From positions 329,096,001 to 329,160,000 of the forward strand of contig OZ024740.1 of the NCBI GenBank assembly GCA_964016885.1: a stretch of 64,000 nucleotides of DNA, given 5' to 3'. The notes under the pieces were generated by a model. It was not told the DNA's origin and did not search any database. It saw nothing but the letters and a program-made list of their open reading frames with translations. Of the stretch, positions 23,303 to 34,983 are shown in pieces. Position 1 is the first letter of the stretch. Each line of letters opens with the position of its first letter. The stretch comes from Eledone cirrhosa. Taxonomy: Eukaryota. The position numbers and the translations under genes are program-made.

Positions 23303-26300
23303 CTACAGCCGCATGACTAGAGTAGCCCCACTCACACGGACCATTCTCGCCACATTCACCCACCTTTCAGCAAATGTACTGGGGGGCAGCACTTCTCTCT
23401 CCACCCTCGCCTTCCTTTCCAAGTGAAACTTGAAAAGGTTGATGAGGGATTGGCCGAAGAGAAAAGTGTCTGTCTTCAGTCCTTTCAACCTTGTCCACCA
23501 TACAACCTCTTTCGCTACTGCCACCAGACAGAGGAAAATTGCCTGCCCTTCCTGGCCAAAAGAAGGCGGGGGGTCGATCTTCACTATGGACTCGGCCGAT
23601 AGCCGGATCCGTTCTACATGCGACAACAGCTGTTCAACATAACTCCACAAGTCAGTAATGCACGGACACTGGACGAGTGCGTGCAGAACGGTTTCATAGC
23701 TTGTGCGCATCTCGGGCAGGTCCGTCTGACAGTACTTCCGTGCCTGTAGCGTTTATCTCGAACCGGCATTACCCCCCGGTAGCACTGCCAATGGGGATTT
23801 TTGGAAATTATCCATCGTCCTTGGCTCGAAATTCCTCCGGTACAGACTGGGTAGTTCGACTTCGTTGACTCCCAGAGCCTCTCTGAGTGCGTTGTCGCAC
23901 TTGCCCACAACTAATCCTCTATAGAACTCGAGAGTGGAAGTTCCACTGACCGCATTGCCCGCCTGGTAGAGGACAGTGAGTGCCTGGCAACATTCCAGAT
24001 GCCAGTCACCGAGTCTCGGTTTCTTCTTGACCCAGGACTGCAACTCAGTCAAAGAAACGAGCGGTGGAAAGGCCCGTGTGGCAAACGGCGACCACACCTG
24101 TTCACCGTTTAGGCAGAATATCTGGAGATACCGCAGCCTCAGCGCGTGCCTGTGCATCATTAGCCACGGCATGCCCAGCCCTCCACGCAGAGGGTGCTGG
24201 CAGCAGATGGACCGCCTGACCAGCGGAACCTGACCGCTCCACAAGTATTTGAAGAGGAGCCGCTCCAAGATGGCGAGGCGCGAACGAGGCCAAGGGACGA
24301 CAGTCAGACTGTAGTAGATGACGGACGCGATGTACGCGTTCGCCACCTCCGCTCGACCTTTCAGTGATAGTTTCATCCCAGCTCATTTCTGGGTGAGACT
24401 AACTACCCTGCCCGTCACCTCGTCCCAATTCTTATCCACCTGGAGGTCTGGCCCGAACCAAACCGCTAAAAACTTTACCGGTCCGTCCGTCCAGCGCCTT
24501 ACGACGCTGTTGGACGGCATGGACTTGCCTCTCCAGGTGCCGAGTTGCAAGCCCATTGACTTTTCCGGGTTAAATTTTGCTCCCGTCAACTTTTCATATT
24601 CCTCCAATAAGTTGCCGACCACCTCGATTTCTGAGGTGTCCAACACCATCACGGTGATGTCGTCCGCATAAGCTGACACAGCCTTTCCGCCCCCCGGTTC
24701 GAGCGGGATGCCCTCCAACAACTCCAGCTTCCGCAGTAAAGGCTCGAGAGTCAATACGTACAGAAGGGAGGAGAGAGGGCACCCTTGACGGACCGATCGG
24801 GAGACCTGAAACGGTTCCGAGAGGTGGCCATTAATTTTGACCATCGAGCAGGTGCCGCTGTACATTGCAGCGATCCTGCTTCTGAAGACGGGGCCGAAGC
24901 CAGCCGCCTTGAGGATAACCTCCAGGTACCGATGGTCGACCCTATCGAATGCTTTCGATTGATGTAAATTGATCGGAGCCCCACCGAAGCCAGGTTTACA
25001 CCCTACCCTCTCTATGATATATCGCAGTAGGTGGAGGTTGTCGTATAAGGACCTGGTTGGGATTGCGCAAGTTTGCGCCTCCCCAACCAAATCCCCGACG
25101 ACAACCTCTTCGCTAACTCCCTGGCCAAAATCTTAAACTCTGTGTTGAGCAGAGTCATGGGCCTGAAATTGTCTAATGTGTCCCTCTTGTTCGTCTTTCC
25201 TTATCAGCGTCACTACGCCCCAGATCACAGAACTGGGAATACTCCCGTTTTGCTGCCAGTTGCAGTAGAGGGCTTCGAGGAGATTGGAGAACAAGTCTGG
25301 GATATTTACGTAAAGCTCGTAGGGCAGATCATCCAAACCGGGTGACTTGCACCTCATGCAGCCGACAAGGCTGAAGTAATTGGTCTTTCGCAGCGCCCAG
25401 CGTCAGCCGTCGAGAGTTGCGGCAAGCCATCGAGGTAGGGAGTGAAGTCCGCCACCATCTCTGATCCGCCACTTCCCCCGAACAACCGAGCAAAATGTTG
25501 GCGAAAGGCCTCACACATCCTCTTGGATAGGCTCAGCTCGTGCCCGTCTCGGTCCGTCAAAGACCGAATCGTGGTTTTATTACAACGCTGCGCCTCTGCC
25601 ACGCGGGCCCATCGAACAGCTTTGGTTCCCTCGTTTCTCAGAGCACGCGCCTTAGCTCTGACAATGCTATCTTCGTGTTTCGCATTGAAGAAATGGTGTA
25701 ATGCCATTCTCGCCGCTAGCACATCAGTTGCAATGCCACTACCAATAGCCTCGTCTAACTTATCTACCAACTCCCCCTCCTTTCTATTTTTCTCTACTGC
25801 TCCTTCTTTGCTAAACTCTATCGACATTACTCTAATCTCTCTTTTGAGAGCCCCCCACCATCTATTGTTGACGACTCCCCCTGTCAATTTTTGACCTGGT
25901 CCCTGTAAGCGTTACGTGCCGGAAATGACATGTTTAGCTTCAAGTAACCAGGTCCTAACCTAAGCGTCTTATCTAGGTCGACGATGCAGATCACAAACTT
26001 GTGATCTGAATAGGCGACCGTTTCAAAACGTGGACAGCTTACACTATTTCTGTCTATTTTCCTAATGAATATCCTGTTTATATACGATCTAGATGACCCT
26101 ATGCGGTTAGCCCAGGTCCACACTGGCGCATTAGGGAAATCTAGTCGGTACCTGTCAGACAGGTGGAACTGGCTGATCAGGTTCTTGAGGCTTTTGCACC
26201 CCTCGCTCCTATCGGATACTCCCACACAGTCCCAGCGTGCGTCTAATATGCCGTTCCAGTCCCCCTCTAACAGTAAAGAGAGAGACGTACCCAGAAAGGC

Positions 26301-26680
26301 TTCCAGGCGTCTAAAGGGTCCGGCGGTCTTGCCCCTGTAGGAGCATAGACGGCCACCATTCTAAAGGCACCACCTTCATTATTGTTCACGTGCAGGACCA
26401 CCAACTTCCCATCCGGTTCCCGGAAGATCGACCTTACCTCGAGATCCAGGCATTTACTAAACAACACTGCCACCCCGCCTCCCATTCCCGACCGGCTAAC
26501 AGATGCAAAGATCTGATAGTCGTCGAAAATGGGGGCTAGTGCGCGCGTGTCGGAAATCCTGGTCTCGATGACTGCAATTACATCAATTTCTATAGACCTA
26601 AGGTCGTTGAGCAGTTGACCCTGCTTCCAGGACGATCCCAGGCCTCGAACATTTAAACATCCTACTCTTAATACGGCCAT
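23303..26680 (-). pseudogene. Tx1 copy A ORF2 (APE endonuclease, reverse transcriptase, zinc finger), frameshifted
   Basis: NVRGL, ETR, SDH (APE); KSPGLD, KAFDRVDH, VRQGCPLS, YADD (RT); ETVLHALVQC. Confidence 0.92.
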
Positions 26681-26711
26681 GTTGGCAGGTTAAACAGAGA
26701 GAGAGGAAGGT

Positions 26712-28673
26712 TTACTTACCTTCCGGGCTCTTGTGAAGGTCGGGTTGTTCGACCTCCATAGTTAGTGGGGTTTCTTTTGGGAACCCCTTTAAATGTCATG
26801 AAGTGGGTTTTACGTTCGGGGTTCCCACGTCCCGAGGAAAGCTGTCTCGTACTTATTTGTATATGTCGAGCGACATTCGCACCAGAACCAAATCTTCCGG
26901 CACGCGAAATGTGATCGATTTAAAAATTTCCCCCTCTTTTTGTATATTTTCACTTCGTGCTACGAGGGCCATCAGTTCATGTTTTCCCTCCTGACGAGCA
27001 CGAAGTTTTGTATGTTTTGTTGGTGTGATTTTATCTGTTTGCGTGGCTGTGGTGGTGATGGTTTGGGTGGTGTTGTTTCGGTTGTATCTGTGTTTGTTTT
27101 GAGTGCGGTGTCTGTGGTTTCAGATGTTTGTGTGTATATTTGCTCTTGCGTCTGTTTGGATTGTTTGCGTTTGGGGGATTCTGGTGATGGTGATGATGGT
27201 GTTGATGTTGGTGTTATTGGAGAGATGTTTGCGTGAGTGGTGTCTGCGTTTTTTATTGTGGGTGCTTTTGTGCTTTGTTGAGTTTTTATTTTCTTTTTGT
27301 ATTTTGGGGGATTTTGGATTTCCTTCATTTTCACTACTGGTAGATGAGGGGTCTGTGTCTGTAAGTGTGTCTGCATGTATGTTTATGGTTTTATTGGTGT
27401 GTGTATTTTTGGGAGGAGGGGGAATTTGATAGCTTTCCTCGTTTCCCCCCTGGGTGGTCAATGTTGGTGGTGGTCTTTCTATTGGTGTTGTTGTTGGTGG
27501 TTTTGCCGGTGCTGGTGTTGGTTGTGGTCCTCGCCCCGGCGTCGGCAGCAGTGTAGCCTTTCGACCCCTTGCCTCTTTCAGTAGTTGAGGGCAGAAGGCT
27601 CGCAAATGGTTTTTTTTACCCACAAACAAAACACTGCGGCCTTTCACCTTCGGTCATAATGTGAATGACCGTCCCATTCTGAAGGCGGATGTGGTGTGGG
27701 ATTTTCTTCAGATTCTCGGGCCTGATCTGGAGAAGGATCTCCAGGTCAACCCCAGATCAGTCCTCTCTGGCCGTTCTGGTCACTTCTATAGGGACTGTAT
27801 CCGTCCCCTCCACAATCACACATCCCAGAAGGCACCACATGTCAAGTCCTGGTGGGATTCTGGGAATGCGGAGACGGGCCGTTCTTTTTCCAATGTGGGA
27901 GGGGTACATTATGACCTTGTTGGTTTTGCAAGAAGTCATAGCGTGTTTCATAGCGAGGGATTCTGACTTGAACAACACCGAAATGGTGCCGTACTGTCTG
28001 CCCCTCTCTATGTACTGGGTGTCTTCTCTGATGCACCTCAGCGCGACTTCGACATCTTCTTGTGAGATTAAAGTTGCCCTTTTGGTTTGTGCTGAGATGC
28101 ATCTATAATGCACCGTTTTGCGCTCCACTGCTTCAATAGCTTCTACTGGGACAATTAAGTTGGCCCAAGTTTGCTCTTGCTTGATGAGCTTCCATGCCTG
28201 GGCCAACTTTTCATCTTTGTTTGAGAGGTCCATGTAGAAGCATGGCCTCTTTTTTGTTGCTGCCGCAGCGAAAGTGTTCTTGTTTTCGTTGGGGGTTTTG
28301 TTGACGTTGTTCTTGTTGGTGTTGTTGTTAGCACTGTCGATGTTATCATTGTTGTCTTTGTTGCCACCGTTGTTCTCGGTGCAGTTGGTATTGTTGATGT
28401 TGGTGTTGTCGCTATTTGTTTTCATGTTAGTGGTGTTGATACTGTTGTTGTATTTGTTATTTTTTTTTTGTTATCTGTGTTTTCGTTGTCGCTGTTACTG
28501 TCATTTTTTTCAAAACTAGTGTTCTTATTGGTATCATTGGTGTCTTTGTTTACCTTGTTTGTGGTGGTGTTTGTGTTATCAATGTGTGTTAATTTCGCTG
28601 TAGCGCTCCTCTCAACTTCTACGTCGTTGTCGCACGACGGCCGACATATCGCTGGGGGGCGTGGCTCAGCCAT
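26712..28673 (-). pseudogene. Tx1 copy A ORF1 (Asn/Thr-rich N-terminus, RRM-like region, zinc knuckle), frameshifted
   Basis: MAEPRPPAIC... start, TVHYRCIS..GRQYGTISVLF, knuckle region ..HLRAFC. Split over several ORFs. Confidence 0.8.
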
Positions 28674-28879
28674 GTTTTTTTTTTTCGTAAATTTTTAACA
28701 TGTAAAAAAAAAGTTCAAATATTTGGGCCAAAAGGCCCAAATATTATACTTCCTCTTAACGGGGCAAAGTGGAAGGGCTTATATCCCTTTCACAACAAGC
28801 AATATTTAACAACAAATAATTTAAACAGGCAAATAAAGCGACTTACTGTGAGCGAGCAAAATACGTCCGCTAAGACCAA

Positions 28880-28921
<42 letters not shown>

Positions 28922-29167
28922 TTCTTTATTAACCACAAGGGTTTACATAAAGTAGACATTAAGGAGAGTGCAGGACAATACAGGACGGTACAAATGGGCA
29001 TTTCTGCGTGTAAAAAACAAAAACAGACGATGTATCAAAAAATAACAATGAAAAATTCCCCAATAGGGGGGAGACTTCGGAGGGACATTTGTGGAGAAAG
29101 CCCATTAAAAGGCCACAGTGACCCTGACCACCAAGGCAAGTGCCCTCTCCCAGTTTTCCACCTTTAA

Positions 29168-32100
29168 TTTAGAGATACGTACTCAGAGTAGGCCCATTCA
29201 CTCGGGCCATTCTTGCTTCTCTCACCTATCTTTCAACAAAATGCTGGCAAGAGAGCACTTCCCTCTCTACTCTGATTTTCCTTTTCAAATGAAATTTGAA
29301 AGAGTCAAATAGGGCATCACGGAAGAGGTAAGTGCTCGTATTCAGCCCTTTCAAACGTGTCCAGCATACTATCTCTTTCGCCATGCCCACCAGACAGATA
29401 AATACTGCCTGCCCTTCCCGGCTAAAGGAAGAGGGCGGTGCAATCCTCAAGATGGACTCAGATGATAGCCGGATCCGTCCTACACGCGACAGCAGGTGTT
29501 CAACATAAACCCACAAGTCAGCAATTTTCGGACACTGGACGAGTGCGTGTAGGACGGTTTCGTCGCCCTGCGCGCATGTCGGACATGCTCGGCTGACGGC
29601 ACCTCCATAGCTGTAGAGTTTATCCCGAACTGGCAAGGCTCCTCGGTAGCACTGCCAGGCCAGAGATTTCTGGAAATTGTCCATAGGTCCCGGCCCGATA
29701 GTTCTTTCGAAGAGATTGGCTAGTTGATTTTCGTCGACGCCTAGAGTTTCCCCAAGTACGTCGTCGCTCTTCCCCTCCACTAATCCTCTATAGAACGCCG
29801 AGGTGGAGTTTCCACCGATCACATTGCCCGATTGGTCGAGGGCTGTGAGCGCCTGAAGACATTCCAGTCTCCAGGCGCTCCCTCTCGGTCTTCGCTTGAC
29901 ACAGGACTGCAGCTCCGTCAATGAAACGAGCTGGGGAAATACGTGTCTAGCAAACGGCGACCACACCTGATCACCGTCGAGGAAGAGGTGGAGATGTTGT
30001 AATCTGAGCGCGTGTCTACGCATCATCAGCCACGGCATTCCCAGCCCTCCACGTAGCGGGTGTTGACAGCAGATGGACCGCCTGACGATCGGAGCGCGTC
30101 CCTTCCACAAAAAGCTAAAGAGCAAACGCTCCAGTGCAGTCAGGCGGGGCTTAGGACAAGGTACGACGGTCAGGCGGTAGCAGATGACAGACGCGATGTA
30201 CGCGTTAGCCACCTCCGCTCGACGTTTCAGGGATAGCTTCCTCTCCGCCCATTTCTGGGTGAGATAAGCCACCCTGCTGGTCACCTCGTCCCAGGTTTTG
30301 TCCGTCTGAAGGTCCGGACCGAACCAGACCCCTAGCAATTTAACCAGTCCGTCCGTCCAGCGTCCGACGACGCTGTTGGACGGCATGGACCTGTCTCTCC
30401 CGGTGCCGACTGCAGCCCCACTGACTTTTCCTGGTTTTATCATTGCTCCTGTCACCGCTTCCTATTCTCGCGTTCGACGCCACTACGATGACATCGTCCG
30501 CATATGCTGACACGGATCTTCCGCATCCTAGTTCGCGCGGGACGCCCCTCAACGTCTCCAGTTTGTGCAGTAATGCCTCGAAAGTCAATACGTACAAGAG
30601 GGGACGAGGGGGAACATCCTTCACGGACCGAGCGCATGATGTTGAACGGTTCCGAAAGGTGACCGTTCACTCTCACCACAGAGTAGATGTCGCTGTGCAT
30701 GGCAGCGATCCAGCCTCTGAAGACGGGCCCAAAGCCAACCGCCCTCAGAACTGCCGTTAGGTAACGATGGTCGACCCTATCTAAAGCTTTCGACTGATCT
30801 AAATTGATCAAGGCCCCACCCGTGCCAGGTTCCCTAGCTACCCTCTCTACGATGTATCGCATGAGGTGGAGGTTGTCATGGATAGATCTGTCGGGAATGG
30901 CGCATGTCTGCGCCTCTCCCACCAGACCAAAAATGACAAGCGCCAACCACTTTGCTAGCACCTTGGCCAAAATCTAGAACTCTGTGTTTAGCAGAGTTAT
31001 GGGCCTGAAATTATATATGTTATCCCCCTTGTTCGGATCCTGTCTCAGCAGTGCCACCGCTCCTCGGCTCACAGAGCTGGGAATTCTCCCGTTCTGTTGC
31101 CAGTTGCAGTAGACGTCCGCCAAGAGACCTCCGAACAAGTCTGGCATCTGTACGTAAAGTTCATAGGGCAGACCATCCAAACCGGGCGATTTACGCCTTG
31201 TGCAGGCAGTCATTGCCTCCCTTACTTCAGCGGCTGTTATCGGCTTTTCGCAACACTCCGCCTCAGTGGCCGAGAGCCGCGGCAGTCCAGCGAGGCAGAC
31301 ACTAAAGTCAATCCCTCGACCCGGCCCACCGCTGCCCCCGAACAGCTGAGCGAAGTATCGCTGAAAAGCTTCACACATTTGCTCGGGATCGAGTAGCATG
31401 CGCCCGTCGTTGTCAACCAAAGACCGGATCGTGGCTTTGTTGCCACGACGCGCCTCCGCCACTCGGGCCCATTGAACGGCTTTCGTCCCCTCGTGTCTGA
31501 GAGCATCGCACCCTAGCTCTAACAACGCAGCCTTCGTGCTTTCCATTGAAGAATTGGTCAAGGGCCAATTTCGCCGCAAGCATGTCGGTCGCGATATCTT
31601 TGCTAAGCGCCTCGTCTCACTTTCTAACTAGTTCTCCCTCTGCTCTATTTTTCTCTATTGCTAAAGCCTTACTAAACCTAATGGATTCTATTCTAATCGC
31701 TCTTTTTAGAGCAAACCACCACTTGTTGTTGACGATGGCCCCCGTCAACTCCCGCTTAACTAGTTCGCTAATGCGGACTCTGTAGGCCTTGCGCGCTGGT
31801 AAGGACGCGTTTAGCTTCCAGTAGCTGGGTCCTCGTCTATGGAGCCTATCTAAGTCAAGCACACAGATCACGAATTTGTGGTCCGTGTAGCTGACTATCT
31901 TGAATTGTGGACAGCCTATGCTAGACCTATCTATTTCCCTACAAAATACTCTATCTAGATATGATCTGGATGAACTTATGCGATTTGTCCAAGTCCACAT
32001 TGGCACACTCGGGAAATCCAATCAGTACCTGTCAGACAGTTCAAAACGCCTGAGCAGGTTGGTGAGGCCCTTGCACCCTCTACCCCTATCCGCTCATCCC

Positions 32101-32561
32101 AGACAGTCCCAGCGTGCATCTAAGATCCAGTTCCAGTCGCCCACTAACACTAAAGAGCGGGACGTTCCAAGAAAGGTCTCCAGACGCCGGAAGAAATCAG
32201 GCCGCCCTGCACCTGTCGGGGCATAGACGGCCACTAGCCTGAAAGCTTGCCCGTCTCAGCTGGTCACGTCCAGCACCACCAACTTACCCTCTGGGTCCAG
32301 GAAGATGGCCCGTATGGCGAGATCCAAACCTCTCCGAAAAAGCACAGCAACTCCACCCCCCGATCCAGGACGGCGGCTGGGAGATGCGTACACATCGTAG
32401 CCGCCGAAGATCGGTGCGAAGGCCCGTGCTTCGGAGATTCTGGTCTCGCTGAGGGCCACTACATCTATGTTTAATGACATGAAGTCGTTGAGCAGGTGAC
32501 CCTGCTTCCATGACGACCCCAATCCACGCGCATTTATGCTGCCTATTCTGAGTGAGGTCAT
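29168..32561 (-). pseudogene. Tx1 copy B ORF2 (APE, RT, zinc finger), interrupted
   Basis: INARGL, SETR, TDH; KSPGLDGLPYE, NFRPITLLN, DQSKA.DRVDH, YADD; CPTCAQGDETVLHALVQC. Confidence 0.92.
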
Positions 32562-32596
32562 GTTTAAAATAGAGTGGAAAAGATGGGAAAGACCAC

Positions 32597-34313
32597 TTAC
32601 CGTAGTTTTCGTAGAGGAGGGATGGTTTTTCCATCCCTTTTCACTTGATCGTCTGGTGAAGGGACCGTTGATTCTTCCCTTCGGCTGGCCGTCGGCTCTT
32701 CTATGAGTATGTCCGAAAATACTCTCCGGTTGAGAGTCCCTCCTAGGTCTCTGAAATCACCAACTGCGTTGGGGAATTTCGTTTTAATGTTTGTGTATTG
32801 TTTCTGTGCTATTTTTAGCAGTCTTATGTTCGTTGGTGTTTTGATTGGTGCTGGTATTATGTAGTCGTGCTGTGAAATGTCTGTGTGTTCAATTATGTAA
32901 GTCATTAGTTTCTTGTTGTGTGTATTTATTGCCGTGCATTTGTTTTTCTGGGGGTGGGGTGTGGTTCTGCTATTTTCTTGTCGTTGTTGCTGGGTGTGTG
33001 TGTTTTGTTGTTGTGTTTGCGATGTTGGTGCTTGTGGTGGTGGTGTTGAAGGTGTTGTTGTTGTTGGCGGTGGGGTTGTCGCCGGTGGTGATGGTGGTGC
33101 TAGTGTGGGTGGTGATGGTGTTGGTGGTGTTGCTGCTGTGAGTCTCTTTGCAGTAGCCTTTACCCTTTTTTCATTTCTTTCCTCCCTTTTAGAATGCGAC
33201 GATGCGCTGCTTCTGCGTTTGTGCCTTCTTACGACATTTTGCCATCCCTCTCCCACCTCACACTCCATGTCTGATTCTGTGAGGTCGGGGAGGGGTACCA
33301 GCTCCACTCCTTCACTTGTTGTTGTTAGTGATGTTTGCACTGGAGTCTCTGTTGCAGCTGCATTTGGTATTACTGTTGTTGTTCTTAATACTTCCACTGC
33401 TGCTGCTGTTTTTGATTTCCGTGGCGTGGGTATGGGTGCCACGGACCTATCGTTCCTGGTTGCCGCTTGTCCTGATGCTGATAGCCGTGGAGCCGGTTTC
33501 GGAAGGAGGGGGGTTTTCTCCTTTCTCAGGGTCTTCTCGTTGCAGAAGGCCCTGAGGTGAGTCTTCGATCCACAGCGAAAGCATTTCGGGCGTTTGCCCT
33601 CAACACTTATGGGCAGTTGAGTGCCGTTATCGAAGTCTATCACATCCGGGATAGCTTCGATGCACTCCTAGTTGGTTTGGATTAACATCTCAATGGAGGT
33701 GCCGACCCAATCTTCTCTTACTTTTTTCTGTACTTGCAGTACAGTTGTTTTGTCCTCGATTCCGACGAGGACAGACGCGGCCAGCCAAGAAGGGGCCATC
33801 CCTGGAGGGACCTGGGTCAGTTTGACCCTCACAATTTTTTGCCCGCAGTAGGAGGGCACCAACACCATTTCTTCGCTTCTTAGGGTCACTAAGGATTGAG
33901 CCTTTGCCTCCTGGGGTGTGGCAAAAAGCACGTCTAAGGTGGCATATCTCTTGCCTCGGGTGATGTGCGTTTTCTGCTGCCACACAGACCCTAAGGCTTT
34001 TTGTATTTGAGCCTCTGTGGCTCTTTCAACCCTACAGGATTTTGTGCTTACTGTACGGTACGTGACTGTACAGTGCTGTTGGGTTTCGAAAAGTTTTTCG
34101 GCTGCCTTGCAGATTGCTCGGTGTCCGGTTTTCGTCACCATCTTTTTAGCTTCCTCTAATTCCTCATTTGTTATGAGGATGGTTTCCAGGTTCTTTGCGA
34201 GATTGGTTTTTCTTTGCTGCTGTTGTTGTTGTTGTTGTTGTCGTCAGAGCTGCTGTTACTTTTGTTGTTGCTGCAGGTACTACGACTACTGCCGCCGCCG
34301 CTGTTGCTGTGGT

Positions 34314-34345
<32 letters not shown>

Positions 34346-34722
34346 TTGCTGCTAATGCTGTTGTTGTTTATGCTGCTGCTGATGCTGTTGCGGCTGCTAC
34401 TGTTGTTTTCCTTGTCACTGTTGCTGCTGCTGCTGTTATTACGGCTGCTACTGCTATTATTCATGAAGTCAGACGAATGAAATGGGTTTTCGTATTTCCC
34501 GCACACCTTTTTCGTCGTTGTCGTCGTCATCGTGGAGAAATCTTGCACGCTTTGCACGTGATTTTTCTTTTCTGGTGTCGCTTGCGAAAGAGAAGGGAGG
34601 GAGAGAGACACATTTAGAGAAGGGAGGGAGAGAGACAAACTTCTCTCTGCTGTAGTGACGATTGAGGAAGAAGAAGACGGAATGAGTGGGAGTGACCTAT
34701 GAAAATTCTTTTTCTTAGCCAT
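32597..34722 (-). pseudogene. Tx1 copy B ORF1 (CCHC knuckle CFRCGSKTHLRAFC), interrupted
   Basis: ORFs 34171-34722, 33668-34141 and 32597-33643. Ser/Asn-rich N-terminus, RRM-like region, zinc knuckle, Pro/Thr-rich tail. Confidence 0.82.
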
Positions 34723-34935
34723 GTTTTTTTTTGTTTAAAATAAATATTGGGCACAAAACCCCAATAAGCGGCTATTTAACCTGAAGGGCCAAATAACGGG
34801 CAGAAAGTCCCCTCTCACGAGGAGGAGGGTGTTTTTGTCTACAATTTGGTTAAAGTTTTAAACAATTTACAATTGTTACAGCGGTCAAAATTTACAATAC
34901 CTTACAGAGCCGAGCCTCCGTCAACCATGGCATTC

Positions 34936-34983
<48 letters not shown>

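Larger units (their letters stand above)
23021..28877 (-). mobile_element. Full-length L1/Tx1-clade LINE, copy A (inactivated)
   Basis: 5'UTR GGTCTTAGCGGACG, ORF1 and ORF2 (APE, RT, zinc finger), 3' AATAAATGAAATC plus (ATT)n. Close paralogue of 57457-63256. Confidence 0.95.
28921..34935 (-). mobile_element. Full-length L1/Tx1-clade LINE, copy B (inactivated)
   Basis: Bounded by (AAT)n at 28880-28920 and 34936-34983. Contains ORF1 and ORF2 and ends in GTGGTTAATAAAGAAA. Confidence 0.95.

Noticed and set aside
32845-34617. Long antisense ORFs (poly-V/L/C) over Tx1 ORF1 regions
   Set aside because: These are reverse complements of AAC/CCA-rich low-complexity coding sequence that lack stops by composition.
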